The notes under the pieces: generated by a model
Told to the model about the DNA's origin: nothing
Database searches by the model: none
What the model saw: only the letters and a program-made list of their open reading frames with translations
NCBI GenBank assembly: GCA_016699085.1
Contig: CP064958.1
Location: 668,619-732,618 of the forward strand
DNA from: Candidatus Nomurabacteria bacterium
GTDB taxonomy: Bacteria; Patescibacteriota; Minisyncoccia; Phycocordibacterales; UBA9973
Reading direction: 5' to 3'
DNA: 64,000 nucleotides
In this document: positions 28,429 to 38,983 of the stretch, one piece after another
Numbering within the stretch: position 1 is the first letter of the stretch
Layout: every line of letters starts with the position of its first letter
Position numbers and translations under genes: made by a program

Positions 28429-29886
28429 ATGTCAGAAGAAAAAGTTATTACTCGTTTTGCGCCCTCACCAACAGGCTATATGCATATTGGCGGTATTCGC
28501 ACTGCAATATATGCATGGCTTTGGGCGCGGAAAAATAATGGGGTTTTTATATTACGAAGTGAAGATACAGATAAAAAAAGAGAAGTAGAAAATTCATTTG
28601 ACCATATAATCGAATCCCTGAAATGGCTTGGTATTACTTGGGATGAAGGTCCCGATATAGGTGGACCTCACGGACCATACACCCAATCACAAAAATTAGA
28701 TACATATAGAAAGTATGCCCAAATACTTATAGACAAAGATTTAGCATATACTGACCCTTATACTGAAGTAGAAGTCGAGGAATTTCGCAAAGAAGCAGAA
28801 AGTAAAAAGCAACCATTTCTTTTTAGAGATCACCGGCCACAGAATCCTCCGATATGGGACGGAAGTAGGCCACTTCGCTTCAAAGTAACTAACATTAAAT
28901 CTTATGAGTGGCACGATCTTGCTCGGGGCACCTTGAGTGCAGGGCCAGAAGCACTTGATGATTTTATTTTAATTAAGAGTGATGGTTACCCGACATATAA
29001 TTTCGCCCATATTATAGATGATTTAGAAATGGGGGTAACCCATATTATGCGCGCAGATGAATTTATTGCATCAACACCAAAATTCCTCTCACTCTATGAT
29101 GCTCTTGAAATCAAACGTCCGGCATTTGTAACGTTACCACCTATTCTTGGGCCAGATGGTAAAAAAAAACTCAGCAAACGAGATGGCGCCAAAGATATAC
29201 TAGATTACCGAAATGAAGGGTATTTACCTGAAGCAATGATTAACTTTCTTGCGTTTTTGGGCTGGAATCCAGGAGATGAGCGAGAAATATTCACTAAGGA
29301 AGAACTTACCCAAGCATTTGATGTTACTAAAATTCAAAAATCAGGGGCAAAAGTAAACCAAGAAAAACTTGATTGGATAAATAGGGAACACATACTCAAA
29401 TTAAACGGTAAGGAATTTATCGCATACGCTAAAAAATATTTACCAGACTCTATTAGTAAACTAGCTACATTTTCTGAAAATATATTTAACCGTATGATAC
29501 CAATACTTCGTGAACGTATTAATAAGTTCTCTGATATTATTGATATGGGAAATAGGGGAGAGTTAACATATTTTTTCAATAAACCTGACGTCAATACCTT
29601 GGGGCTTACATACAAGGACACGCCGTCTGAAGTTACAAAAGCTAATTTAGAAAATGTCTTTGGTGTTTTGTCAAATATACCTGAAGGGGACTTCACGAAA
29701 GAAACAATAAAAGATTCAATTATGCAGGCACTTGACTCTAAGGATAGGGGCGCGACACTGCATCCTATGCGATTTGCATTATCCGGACTCGATAAATCCC
29801 CCGACCCATTTATACTTGCTGATATACTTGGTAAATCTGAAACTTTGGAAAGACTTTCTATTGCTATAACTATGCTTGCAACATAA
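28429..29886 (+). CDS. gltX: glutamate--tRNA ligase
   Basis: RFAPSPTGYMHIGGIRTA HIGH region, KLSKR, discriminating GluRS-like length. Confidence 0.93.
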   Translation: MSEEKVITRFAPSPTGYMHIGGIRTAIYAWLWARKNNGVFILRSEDTDKKREVENSFDHIIESLKWLGITWDEGPDIGGPHGPYTQSQKLDTYRKYAQILIDKDLAYTDPYTEVEVEEFRKEAESKKQPFLFRDHRPQNPPIWDGSRPLRFKVTNIKSYEWHDLARGTLSAGPEALDDFILIKSDGYPTYNFAHIIDDLEMGVTHIMRADEFIASTPKFLSLYDALEIKRPAFVTLPPILGPDGKKKLSKRDGAKDILDYRNEGYLPEAMINFLAFLGWNPGDEREIFTKEELTQAFDVTKIQKSGAKVNQEKLDWINREHILKLNGKEFIAYAKKYLPDSISKLATFSENIFNRMIPILRERINKFSDIIDMGNRGELTYFFNKPDVNTLGLTYKDTPSEVTKANLENVFGVLSNIPEGDFTKETIKDSIMQALDSKDRGATLHPMRFALSGLDKSPDPFILADILGKSETLERLSIAITMLAT

Positions 29887-29901
29887 ACCCACACCTTTTC
29901 T

Positions 29902-31227
29902 ATGAATAAACACACGACAACATTACTCGCCACTGGTTTGATACTAACTATTACACTAGTGCCATTTTGTGCATTACAAAAAAATGTACAGGCAGACACA
30001 GCAAGTGATTTGTCCCAAAAAATTTCTGAAAAAAATAACCAGATCGAGCAATTAGAGCAAGAGATTAAGCAGTATCAAACTGAATTGAATGTTATTGGTA
30101 AAAATGCACAGACACTTAAAAGTTCATTGAATGAGTTAGATATCTCACATAAAAAATTGGAAGCAGAAGTCAAAGTTACACAATCAAAAATTACGACGAC
30201 TAATCTACACATCCAAGAGCTAGAGCTTCAGATTGGCGACAAAAATCAAACGATTGATAATAACCAACAATCAATAGCAAAAGGTATTGCAATTATAAAT
30301 GAGTCAGAAAACAATCCATTTATCTTTAGCATTCTTACGAGAAGCGCAATAACAGAATCGTTAGGTGATATTGAAAATATTAAAAGTGTACAAAGACGAA
30401 TTCGTGAAAATATATCCGAAGTTACTGTCGTCAAAACTGGATTAGAAGGTAGTAGATCTGACGCAATTAAGGCAAAGTCACTTCTTGTTGAACTACAAAG
30501 TGAGCTTGGCGATCAACAAAAAATTCTAAGCCAAAATATAGTTGCTAAAAACAAACTACTTGGAGAGACCAAAGATAAAGAGTCAAACTACAAAAAAATT
30601 GTTGCCCAAAAAACTGCATTAAAAAATGCATTCGGGAATGAACTTAGAGATTATGAAGCCCAATTAAAATTCGTACTAGATCCAAGTAGTTTACCAAAAG
30701 TAGGTTCAGGTGCGCTTAATTGGCCATTGCAATCTGTATATATTACACAGTTATTTGGCAAAACAGTTGCCGCAAAGCGTTTATATACAAGTGGTAGCCA
30801 TAGTGGCATTGATTTTAGAGCAAGCACAGGCACACCAGTCATGGCCATGGCATCAGGTACGGTCTTGGGCTTTGGTGATACAGATGAAGCATGTAAAGGA
30901 GCATCATTCGGCAAATGGGTATATATCAAATATGACAATGGATTAGGCTCTGTATATGGCCATTTATCGCTTATAAAGGCTTCAACAGGACAAAGAGTAG
31001 CTCCTGGTGATATCGTCGCGTATAGCGGCTTTACAGGCCATGCAACTGGGCCACATCTACATGTCGGACTCTACGCAGCTGAAGCAGTAGAAATAAGCAA
31101 CAAAGAAAGCATTGCGTGCAAAGGAAAGATGCTGTATCAGCCACGTGCGGCACTAAATGCATATCTTGACCCAATACTTTACATGCCAAAATATACAGCA
31201 GATATGCTTAAGCCTGATATGTATTAA
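29902..31227 (+). CDS. M23 family peptidase with N-terminal coiled-coil (EnvC-like)
   Basis: signal/TM, ~250 aa coiled-coil, C-terminal HSGIDF...GHATGPHLHV M23 zinc motifs. Confidence 0.85.
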   Translation: MNKHTTTLLATGLILTITLVPFCALQKNVQADTASDLSQKISEKNNQIEQLEQEIKQYQTELNVIGKNAQTLKSSLNELDISHKKLEAEVKVTQSKITTTNLHIQELELQIGDKNQTIDNNQQSIAKGIAIINESENNPFIFSILTRSAITESLGDIENIKSVQRRIRENISEVTVVKTGLEGSRSDAIKAKSLLVELQSELGDQQKILSQNIVAKNKLLGETKDKESNYKKIVAQKTALKNAFGNELRDYEAQLKFVLDPSSLPKVGSGALNWPLQSVYITQLFGKTVAAKRLYTSGSHSGIDFRASTGTPVMAMASGTVLGFGDTDEACKGASFGKWVYIKYDNGLGSVYGHLSLIKASTGQRVAPGDIVAYSGFTGHATGPHLHVGLYAAEAVEISNKESIACKGKMLYQPRAALNAYLDPILYMPKYTADMLKPDMY

Positions 31228-31256
31228 AAAATCCCAGCCGTAAATGTAGCTGGGAA
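31226..31256. terminator. hairpin terminator (T-run on minus strand)
   Basis: AAAAAATCCCAGC-cgtaaatgta-GCTGGG; U-tract present only for minus-strand transcription. Confidence 0.5.
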
Positions 31257-31454
31257 GATTCCTAAGTTTTGCTTCTATCTGCTGGTACAAAAATGAAGGT
31301 CCAAGCTATATGCATTAAATAGCTTTTTTGCAGCAGCGCGTGGCAGGTAAGAACCTTTCATTAATCTAGTATACATAGATATAAATGCAAGGTATATGTC
31401 GTAAAAGATATATTGTGCGACATATAGATATTTATTCCCTCTACTAATATAAGA

Positions 31455-32297
31455 CTACATAATACAGCTATTAAACTTCCGCACGTCACTATTATATTTT
31501 TCCAATTCAATTTTTACCTGAGCAACGAGAGCGTTATATTCAGTTACCTTTTTATTATAGTTTTCTACAGCTGGCCAATACTGAATACTGTTTTGATTCA
31601 TACTTGCTATACTTCCCTTTTCATTGTCTAATTCAATTACGAGCATTGCAATCGTAGCTTCTTCGGATTCAATTTTTTCCTTAAGTGCTGGATCAGCTGA
31701 TGGACAAAGTGCAAGTGGCTTGCCAAAATGCTGTACAAGTACCCATACCATACTGTCTTGATAGGCACCTTTTGCCACACCAACGCCAATATTAGTATAT
31801 GTATCATTTAAAATATTTGCTCGGTGGCCTGGTGAATTCATCCAGGCAGTAACTACATCCTCATCATTTTTGAAAGTACTTCCGAGTGCTAAATTTTCAC
31901 CAATAACCGTATACGCATATCCAACTTCTGTCGCTAGATCGCTTACTCCTTTGCCATCTGGAGATTCGTGTTCAAAATATTGTTTAGCGAGCATATCTGC
32001 TACTTTTATTTGAGCTGAAACATCTAACTTACTATCCTCAACAAGTATGCTTAGTCCATTGTCCAAGCGAGCTTTATTAGTTGCTGTAATAATGCCTGCT
32101 TGCGACAGGACGGCATTATTTGCTGAACTTAATTCAAGATTAAGAAAAGGCAAATAAATTGTTGCAAAATTTTCGATTGGCAACAAAAGATTAAATTTTG
32201 ATTGGTTACTAGTTTTTAATGCGAGACCATAAGAAGTAATGATAACCGAACAAACACTAATGACGAGTACCAGGAACAAAAATTTAAATAGGCGCAT
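31455..32297 (-). CDS. CAP (SCP/PR-1) domain-containing membrane-anchored protein
   Basis: N-terminal TM; TAWMNSPGHRANIL CAP motif; start trimmed to MRLFKF to avoid overlap with glmS. Confidence 0.7.
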   Translation of the reverse strand: MRLFKFLFLVLVISVCSVIITSYGLALKTSNQSKFNLLLPIENFATIYLPFLNLELSSANNAVLSQAGIITATNKARLDNGLSILVEDSKLDVSAQIKVADMLAKQYFEHESPDGKGVSDLATEVGYAYTVIGENLALGSTFKNDEDVVTAWMNSPGHRANILNDTYTNIGVGVAKGAYQDSMVWVLVQHFGKPLALCPSADPALKEKIESEEATIAMLVIELDNEKGSIASMNQNSIQYWPAVENYNKKVTEYNALVAQVKIELEKYNSDVRKFNSCIM

Positions 32298-32301
32298 GAT
32301 T

Positions 32302-34188
32302 TTATTGAACCGTAACGGACTTTGCCAGATGCCGTGGCTTGTCGATGTTCCGATTAAGCTGAAGAGCTGAATAATATGCAAATAATTGCAGTACGAGTAC
32401 CTCAAGTAGAGGATACAGGAGCGGGTCTTCGAGATGTGGGATTGTTATAATGTCGTTAGCACATTTTAAACTTACGTCTTGTGCGGTTACAGCATCAGTA
32501 ATAGCTATGATGTTTCCGCCTTTTGATTTAATTTGTTCAAGTGAAACTTTACTCAAATCAAAAAGTTTATCTTTTGGTAAAAGCACAATTGACACAGATT
32601 GATCATCTATAACTGCCATTGGACCGTGTTTTAGTTCACCGAGTGAATACGCGCCAACTTCTTTATATGTAAGTTCTTTAAATTTTAAAGCTCCTTCGCT
32701 CGCAATAGCCATGTGTACACCTCTACCGAGGAATTGAATTGTGCTTGCGTTCTTATATTTTTTCGCAATTGCTTGTATGTGTGAGGCTTGTAAAAGGACG
32801 GCAGCCATCTGATCAGGTATTTTTTCAAACGCAGTAAGAAACTTTGTAGCATCATAGGCAGCCATACCTCTAGAGCGTGCGAGTAGAATCGCCAGAAGAT
32901 ATGCAACCGTGCACTGCGCAGTAAATGCTTTTGATGATGCGACGCCGATTTCAGCACCTGCGCGTGTAAATACCCCTGCGTCAGTTTCATTTGCAATCGC
33001 ACTGCCGACAACATTAACGATACCAAGCGTTGTGTATCCACGTTTTTGTATATCTTTTACAGACTCAAGTGTATCAGCAGTCTCACCCGACTGACTAATA
33101 GCAATCACAACAGTATCTTCTTTTGAATAATTAAATTTGCTGTAGCGAAATTCTGAAGCTACATGCGTTGTTACAGTAACCGGTGTCAAAGATTCTATAA
33201 TTTCTTTAGCAACAAGCCCTGCATTGTATGCAGTGCCACACGCAACTATAGCGACATGTTTAATAGCATGCAATTGTTTTTCCATGTCTTTTAGTCCACC
33301 TAAAATAACCTCACCTTTTGTAAGATCAAATCGCCCTAACATAGTCATTCTAGTTGTAGAAGGCTGCTCATAGATTTCCTTGAGCATAAAGGTTGCATAG
33401 TCACCCTTACCGAGGTCTCCAATCGTCATGCCATCGATAAGCTGCTCTACTTTTTGAATATAGTTTCTTGCTTTATCATGATATTTAGTAATCTCATAAG
33501 ATAAGCTTGCACCGTCGAGCACACCCATTTCACCATCCTCAAGAACGATATATCGATCAGTATATCGCAAGAGTGCATTTGGACTCGATGCAACCACGAA
33601 CATTGCATCTGTTTTGCCAATAGTCAGAGGACTTCCATTTTTAACTACATAAAGTTTATGAGGATCATCTTTGTTTATAATCACGAGCCCAAAACCACCA
33701 TCTAGCTTTTGTGCCACACACTTGACTGCGTCATGCATTGTGACACCTCCTTTAAGTTCCTGTTCAATTAGATGTGGAATAATTTCCGAATCTGTTTCTG
33801 AAACAAATATATGCCCCAAAGCGAGCAACTGCTCTTTTAATATTTCATAATTTAAAATTGTGCCATTATGGACAACAGCTATGTTGTGGTCACAGTCAAA
33901 ATGCGGATGTGCATTTTGAATTGATGGCTTGCCATGTGTTGCCCATCTCGTGTGACCAATGCCTACTGTACTTGTGATATTTTTAGTGCCAAATTCACCC
34001 TCGATGACTTCCTTGTTAAAATGTTCACTCGGTGCACCTAAACATTTGGTTGTTTTAAAAATACCATGATCAACAATCGCAATGCCCGAGCTATCATAAC
34101 CACGATACTCCAAATCACCGAGCGATGTAATCAAAAGCGGTAACAACTGTTTTTCTTTTTGACTAACGAATCCAATAATGCCACACAT
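32302..34188 (-). CDS. glmS: glutamine--fructose-6-phosphate transaminase
   Basis: MCGIIGF N-terminal nucleophile, two SIS domains, 628 aa. Confidence 0.97.
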   Translation of the reverse strand: MCGIIGFVSQKEKQLLPLLITSLGDLEYRGYDSSGIAIVDHGIFKTTKCLGAPSEHFNKEVIEGEFGTKNITSTVGIGHTRWATHGKPSIQNAHPHFDCDHNIAVVHNGTILNYEILKEQLLALGHIFVSETDSEIIPHLIEQELKGGVTMHDAVKCVAQKLDGGFGLVIINKDDPHKLYVVKNGSPLTIGKTDAMFVVASSPNALLRYTDRYIVLEDGEMGVLDGASLSYEITKYHDKARNYIQKVEQLIDGMTIGDLGKGDYATFMLKEIYEQPSTTRMTMLGRFDLTKGEVILGGLKDMEKQLHAIKHVAIVACGTAYNAGLVAKEIIESLTPVTVTTHVASEFRYSKFNYSKEDTVVIAISQSGETADTLESVKDIQKRGYTTLGIVNVVGSAIANETDAGVFTRAGAEIGVASSKAFTAQCTVAYLLAILLARSRGMAAYDATKFLTAFEKIPDQMAAVLLQASHIQAIAKKYKNASTIQFLGRGVHMAIASEGALKFKELTYKEVGAYSLGELKHGPMAVIDDQSVSIVLLPKDKLFDLSKVSLEQIKSKGGNIIAITDAVTAQDVSLKCANDIITIPHLEDPLLYPLLEVLVLQLFAYYSALQLNRNIDKPRHLAKSVTVQ

Positions 34189-34202
34189 ACAATAAAAATT
34201 AA

Positions 34203-34589
34203 TTATTCATAAGTACAAGTACTCGATTTAGTAAAACCAGCAAGCTCTGCTTCTTCCTGCGTTGCAAACCATACTTTATTCTCCTCGTTAATTCTCTTTG
34301 CGCTGCCACAGTTTGGCGGGTAATATTTTGTACCATTCCGAGATGCAACATACTCCCCTTGTCCTATGGTAGCAGGTGTTACATTAGGTGCAATGGAATC
34401 CGTAAATGTCTCAACTTGCCCAGTAATCACAACGCTTTTAGTTGTAAGCGATGCAGTATTTGATAATCTCCCAAACAGAAAACATGAACTTCCCACAACG
34501 GTTATAACAAGCACTAAAAGGACATTTTCTTGAAAATGCTTGTTTTCATATAAAACCTTGATTTTATCTCGTACTTCTTGTATACTCAT
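34203..34589 (-). CDS. membrane-anchored hypothetical protein
   Basis: single TM near N-terminus; C-terminal YYPPNCGSAKRI...VWFATQEEAELAGF...C Cys-pair region. Confidence 0.5.
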   Translation of the reverse strand: MSIQEVRDKIKVLYENKHFQENVLLVLVITVVGSSCFLFGRLSNTASLTTKSVVITGQVETFTDSIAPNVTPATIGQGEYVASRNGTKYYPPNCGSAKRINEENKVWFATQEEAELAGFTKSSTCTYE

Positions 34590-34640
34590 GCTACCTATAG
34601 AAGTATAATATTTTTATTCAAAAAACACTAAAATAAGCAT

Positions 34641-34913
34641 ATGGCACATAGAAAAGCGGGTGGAACAGCCCATAACTTAAGAGATTCGAACCCAAAGTAC
34701 TTAGGTACAAAAATTTACGACGGCGGCGCAGTTAAAGCAGGCGGTATTATTATTCGACAGCGTGGCACAAAAATCATGGCAGGCAATAATGTTAGCATCG
34801 GTAAAGATCACACTCTATTTGCTCTCCGAGAAGGTAAAGTAAAATTTGGGACAAAAAGAAAGACTAATTATGACGGCAAAGTAGTCACCAAACCCATTGT
34901 CCACGTACAATAA
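34641..34913 (+). CDS. rpmA: 50S ribosomal protein L27
   Basis: [22 protein letters not shown]...RQRGTK L27 signature. Confidence 0.93.
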   Translation: MAHRKAGGTAHNLRDSNPKYLGTKIYDGGAVKAGGIIIRQRGTKIMAGNNVSIGKDHTLFALREGKVKFGTKRKTNYDGKVVTKPIVHVQ

Positions 34914-34920
34914 GCCACAA

Positions 34921-34953
34921 GAAAAAAACTAATCATTTATGATTAGTTTTTTT
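34921..34953. terminator. bidirectional terminator
   Basis: AAAAAAACTAATCAT-tt-ATGATTAGTTTTTTT between convergent rpmA and rplI. Confidence 0.75.
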
Positions 34954-35392
34954 CTGCTACAATGACGACTTTAAGGTTTGCTTTTTCGCCAGAAATTTCT
35001 ATTGGAAGGATATGACTGCCTGTGCTTTTAAGTGGCTTATCCAATTTTAATGCATCAGGAGATAATTGTATTCTATGTTGCCTGCCGAGCTCTTCCAGTA
35101 TTTCACTGCCACTAATACCTTTAAAAAGATGACCTTGCTCATTGACTCGAGTAGATATAGTAACAACTTTATCTGTTAATTCACTAAGATTTTTCTTCAA
35201 AAGCGATAACTCAATATTTTTTTCAATTTGCGTCTGCTTTTCATGTAGTTCCCATGCGACTAATGCTTGCGGAGTTCCAATCTTTGCCAAACTTTTAGGC
35301 AATAGAAAATTCCTAGCATAGCCATCATTGACCTCTTTGACTTCACCTCGCTTGCCAATTTTTGGTACCGTTTGCAGTAAAATGACTTTCAT
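34943..35392 (-). CDS. rplI: 50S ribosomal protein L9
   Basis: MKVILLQTVPKIGKRGEVKEVNDGYARNFLLPK N-terminal L9 domain. Confidence 0.92.
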   Translation of the reverse strand: MKVILLQTVPKIGKRGEVKEVNDGYARNFLLPKSLAKIGTPQALVAWELHEKQTQIEKNIELSLLKKNLSELTDKVVTISTRVNEQGHLFKGISGSEILEELGRQHRIQLSPDALKLDKPLKSTGSHILPIEISGEKANLKVVIVAEKN

Positions 35393-35398
35393 GTGTTT

Positions 35399-36613
35399 TT
35401 ACTTTGCTAATAATTCTTTTGCTGCATCTAATTGGGGATCTTTAGAAGCCTCAATATCTGCATCTGAAATTGACACGACCATGTCAGGTGTTAATCCTTG
35501 TTCCGAGATCGACACACCATTTGGAGTGTACCATTTGGCTACTGTAATTTTTAATTCTGTATCATTGGTTACAGGGATAACTTCTTGTACAGAACCTTTA
35601 CCATAGGTTGTAGTTCCTACTAAAGTAGCGATTTTATATTCTTGCAATGCACCTGCAAGTATTTCTGATGCAGAAGCTGATCCTTCATCGACAAGTATGA
35701 CAAACGGAAAATCCTTTTTAGTTAGTGTGTATCCTTGGCTTTTATATATTGTCTCTTTAGCAGCGTCAGTTGTTTTCTCAACAACGATGGTCCTGCCTTT
35801 TGGAATAAACCAGCTTGCAATTTGCACAGATGCATCTAGATAACCACCAGGATTACCCCGAAGATCAAGGATAAGTTTTGAGCTAGTTGATGCATCGAAT
35901 GTCTTAATAGCCGCCTTGAATTCTCTGTCTGCATTTGCACCAAAGTTATAAAATGAAATCATAAAAATTCCACTACCAAGTTCTTTGGTATCTAAAGTAG
36001 GAATAGTTATATCTGCACGTACAATTTTAACATCTTTGGGATTAGTATTACCTTCAGAAAATATTGTAAGGTTAACTACTGTTCCTGCTTTACCTCGTAT
36101 TAAGTCAATCGCTTCATCAACTGTTAGAGTGCTACTTTCTTTTCCATCTATTTTGAATATGGTATCCCCTGGCCGTAAACCTGCTTTTTCAGCAGGAGAA
36201 TCCTTTAGTGGCGCAATAACTGTTAACACACCATTTTTAACACCGATTTCGATACCAATGCCGCTTATCTCACCGCTTATTGCCGCATCAAAGTTCTCAG
36301 TTTCAGTAGGATCCAGAAACACAGAGTAAGGATCATCAAGTGTTGCAACAAGCCCTTTAATTGCTCCCCAAATTCTTGTTTGGTCATCAACAGTTGCAGC
36401 ATTGGGATGCTTTGCATCAATGAGATTCCAAACTTTCCAAAATGGAGCAAAATCTGCTGGGGTTGTATCGGCTGAATCGGCATTTGAAATATTTGGCGTC
36501 ACTGCTTGCAATACATGTAACCTTGCATTGGTTAAAATGCCTAGAGCGAAAATTACTAATCCTACGAAGATCCCTATGACTATGTTTTGTGATTTTTTTG
36601 TAGAGCTTTGCAT
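35399..36613 (-). CDS. ctpA: carboxyl-terminal processing protease (S41)
   Basis: TM anchor, PDZ domain, GSASASEILAGALQ S41 catalytic region. Confidence 0.88.
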   Translation of the reverse strand: MQSSTKKSQNIVIGIFVGLVIFALGILTNARLHVLQAVTPNISNADSADTTPADFAPFWKVWNLIDAKHPNAATVDDQTRIWGAIKGLVATLDDPYSVFLDPTETENFDAAISGEISGIGIEIGVKNGVLTVIAPLKDSPAEKAGLRPGDTIFKIDGKESSTLTVDEAIDLIRGKAGTVVNLTIFSEGNTNPKDVKIVRADITIPTLDTKELGSGIFMISFYNFGANADREFKAAIKTFDASTSSKLILDLRGNPGGYLDASVQIASWFIPKGRTIVVEKTTDAAKETIYKSQGYTLTKKDFPFVILVDEGSASASEILAGALQEYKIATLVGTTTYGKGSVQEVIPVTNDTELKITVAKWYTPNGVSISEQGLTPDMVVSISDADIEASKDPQLDAAKELLAK

Positions 36614-36622
36614 TATAGTTTA

Positions 36623-37831
36623 TTATTCTGGTAACAAGGCACTTGCTGTGTACGTATTTGCCGGGTCCCACAGCATCCATGACGGTATCCCAGCATCCCC
36701 TGATGCTTTGATTTGGTCTTGCACCATTTGTGCGGTGTAATGCACAGGATAATCAAAATCCTGAAGCCATGGACGTAATTGTGCAACGGAAATTCTTGCC
36801 TTACTCTCTGCTGGCACTGTTGGATCTGCCATAAGTGCATTTACTCTTACAACTGCTCGGTCAAGAGAATATTTCACCACATCATATGCATGAGCATTGA
36901 CGTCTGTGTAGCCGTTGAATCCTTTATAGTAATGTGACGGATAGACCATTGGGGCAACATAATCAAAATGTAGTAATGCGCTTTCAAATAATTGACCTAT
37001 TCCCAAATCATCAGTATTGATGGTTGTCATACCAAAAACATCTCCTGAGATAGGAATACCCAGCGGATGGAAAGTTGTATCAAGGTATGCAAAGAAGCTC
37101 GTCACGACGTCTGACTTACTCTTCCCTTCACTTATGGGGAAATATATATCTTTCATATTACCATCAGCCGGGAAACGTATATAGTCAAAATTAATCTCAT
37201 CAAAGCCTCGACTGTAGGCTTCTTTAGCGATGGTTGCATTATACTCCCATGCATTTTGCGAACCAGCATCTACCCAATGAATGCCTTTGTTATCAGTCCA
37301 ATTTTTCGCTATGTCGCTCTTCTTTTTGACGGCTTCATTTGGATGTTTTTCTACATAATATTCATCTTGAAAAACTGCTACACGACCTATGATGTAAATA
37401 TTTTTCTGATGCAGCTCTTCAATCAGAGCATCGATATCTCTGATACGATTTTCAACTGCACCAGTTGCAACGAGTACAGGATCATTTACTTTAAATGCAA
37501 TACGGCCTGTATAATCCTTCACATCGAGTACGACCGCATTGATTTCCTTTTCATCTATGAGTGCTATAATTTTATTACGAAATGAAGTTGATCCACCAGC
37601 CCAGCTAGACATGTAAATTGCTTTGACTACTTCTGGGGTTCGTATATGACTAATGACTTTAGGCTTTGGTAAAGGTGGAGCCTCTGTATCAGTACTGACC
37701 ACTTGTGCTACTAATTTCCCGGTATAATATTTGGCAGCAAAAACTTCAGGTACGACAAAATAAAGAAAAAGTCCGACAACGACCGGAGCTAGTAACATAA
37801 GTGGGTATGTAATCTGTTTTTTAAGTTTCAT
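36623..37831 (-). CDS. putative glycoside hydrolase-like TIM-barrel protein (DUF4015-like)
   Basis: N-terminal TM; AVVLDVKDYTGRIAFK...WVDAGSQNAWEY...EINFDYIRFP pattern recalls the DUF4015/GHL family. Confidence 0.45.
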   Translation of the reverse strand: MKLKKQITYPLMLLAPVVVGLFLYFVVPEVFAAKYYTGKLVAQVVSTDTEAPPLPKPKVISHIRTPEVVKAIYMSSWAGGSTSFRNKIIALIDEKEINAVVLDVKDYTGRIAFKVNDPVLVATGAVENRIRDIDALIEELHQKNIYIIGRVAVFQDEYYVEKHPNEAVKKKSDIAKNWTDNKGIHWVDAGSQNAWEYNATIAKEAYSRGFDEINFDYIRFPADGNMKDIYFPISEGKSKSDVVTSFFAYLDTTFHPLGIPISGDVFGMTTINTDDLGIGQLFESALLHFDYVAPMVYPSHYYKGFNGYTDVNAHAYDVVKYSLDRAVVRVNALMADPTVPAESKARISVAQLRPWLQDFDYPVHYTAQMVQDQIKASGDAGIPSWMLWDPANTYTASALLPE

Positions 37832-37837
37832 TTTTTC

Positions 37838-38044
37838 TTAACTAGTTTCTTCAATAATTTCTTTGACACTTCTCATGCTTGTGCTGCGTCGTCGCAATGA
37901 CCGCTTGTAAAATATATACGCTATGAGTGCAATACCAAAGCCGGTAACAACAAACAGGATTTTACGTATAGTTATTGGAAAGCCTAAAAATGGCAGTGCT
38001 GCTACCCAAAGTCCTAATATAAAAAGTAATCGTTCGTATGACAT
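37838..38044 (-). CDS. small membrane protein
   Basis: 68 aa, two predicted TM helices, tightly spaced after the upstream gene. Confidence 0.45.
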   Translation of the reverse strand: MSYERLLFILGLWVAALPFLGFPITIRKILFVVTGFGIALIAYIFYKRSLRRRSTSMRSVKEIIEETS

Positions 38045-38089
38045 GCGTATATTGTAATATGCTTGGAAGTATACTGCAAATTTTATTAA

Positions 38090-38773
38090 TTACGAAATCC
38101 CTTCTAGGATAAGGACAAATTCCCCTCGTATATGGCCACTATTTTTTGTAAAGTACGTTGCAAGTTCATGAACACTGCCAGCTTTAATCTCTTCGAATTT
38201 CTTGGTTAATTCCCTGCCGATTACCATATGGCGTTTTGGAATAAGTGTTGTCAACTTTTCCAATGTTTTCGTCAGTCTATGCGGCGATTCATAAAAAACA
38301 GCAGTATGTTTGATGCCAATTATTTCCTTGAATAAAGTTTCTCGGCCTTTCTTGTGCGGCAGAAATCCATAAAACGTAAACGTAGCAGATGGTATACCAG
38401 ATGCCGACAAGGCCGTAATACATGCAGACGCACCTGGTATCGGCACAATAGTTATATTGGGGTCATTCAGTTCACGCAGTTTCTTTACAAGCAATACTCC
38501 AGGATCTGATATGCAGGGTGTGCCAGCGTCTGTTACGAGTGCCATAGTTTTGCCACTTGCTAATTCTCTCATGAGAGCTTCATGTTTAGCGTCTGTAGTA
38601 TTACTGTGGTAACTCTGTGTTGGAGTTTTGATGTCATACTTCATCAAAAGCGTCTTAGTCGTACGAGTGTCCTCGCATAATATAAGATCAACTTCCTTGA
38701 GTATCCGTAGTGCTCGAAGTGTTATATCTTCAAGGTTCCCGATCGGGGTGGCGACTATATAGAGTATTGCCAT
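38090..38773 (-). CDS. rsmI: 16S rRNA (cytidine1402-2'-O)-methyltransferase
   Basis: ILYIVATPIGNLEDITLRAL...LILCEDTR tetrapyrrole-methylase fold signature of RsmI. Confidence 0.9.
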   Translation of the reverse strand: MAILYIVATPIGNLEDITLRALRILKEVDLILCEDTRTTKTLLMKYDIKTPTQSYHSNTTDAKHEALMRELASGKTMALVTDAGTPCISDPGVLLVKKLRELNDPNITIVPIPGASACITALSASGIPSATFTFYGFLPHKKGRETLFKEIIGIKHTAVFYESPHRLTKTLEKLTTLIPKRHMVIGRELTKKFEEIKAGSVHELATYFTKNSGHIRGEFVLILEGIS

Positions 38774-38827
38774 AATTTTTCAATTATACCATGTTTAGCT
38801 TATAAAATAAGGTGAAATTTCAGATTA

Positions 38828-38856
38828 TTGACAAATATGTTTTAATATGATATACT
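38828..38856 (+). promoter_or_regulatory. strong consensus sigma70 promoter (orphan)
   Basis: TTGACA-17nt-TATACT; no annotated + strand gene downstream apart from an 18-codon ORF. Confidence 0.55.
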
Positions 38857-38879
38857 ATGTATACAAATAAATACATCTT

Positions 38880-38936
38880 ATGAAGAAAAAGTTATTCATT
38901 CTGTGGCAGTTTTGGGATTTTGGCGAGAATACATAA
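38880..38936 (+). CDS. putative micro-ORF (18 aa, MKKKLFILWQFWDFGENT)
   Basis: only ORF in the promoter-to-terminator unit; Trp/Phe-rich; may instead be part of a small RNA. Confidence 0.2.
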   Translation: MKKKLFILWQFWDFGENT

Positions 38937-38983
38937 GCCCCCACTGTAACCTACAGATTAAAGAGGCCTTAGAAACCTCTTCG

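Noticed and set aside
34189-34202. glmS ribozyme upstream of glmS
   Set aside because: Only 14 nt separate glmS from the upstream gene, so there is no room for the ~170 nt ribozyme.
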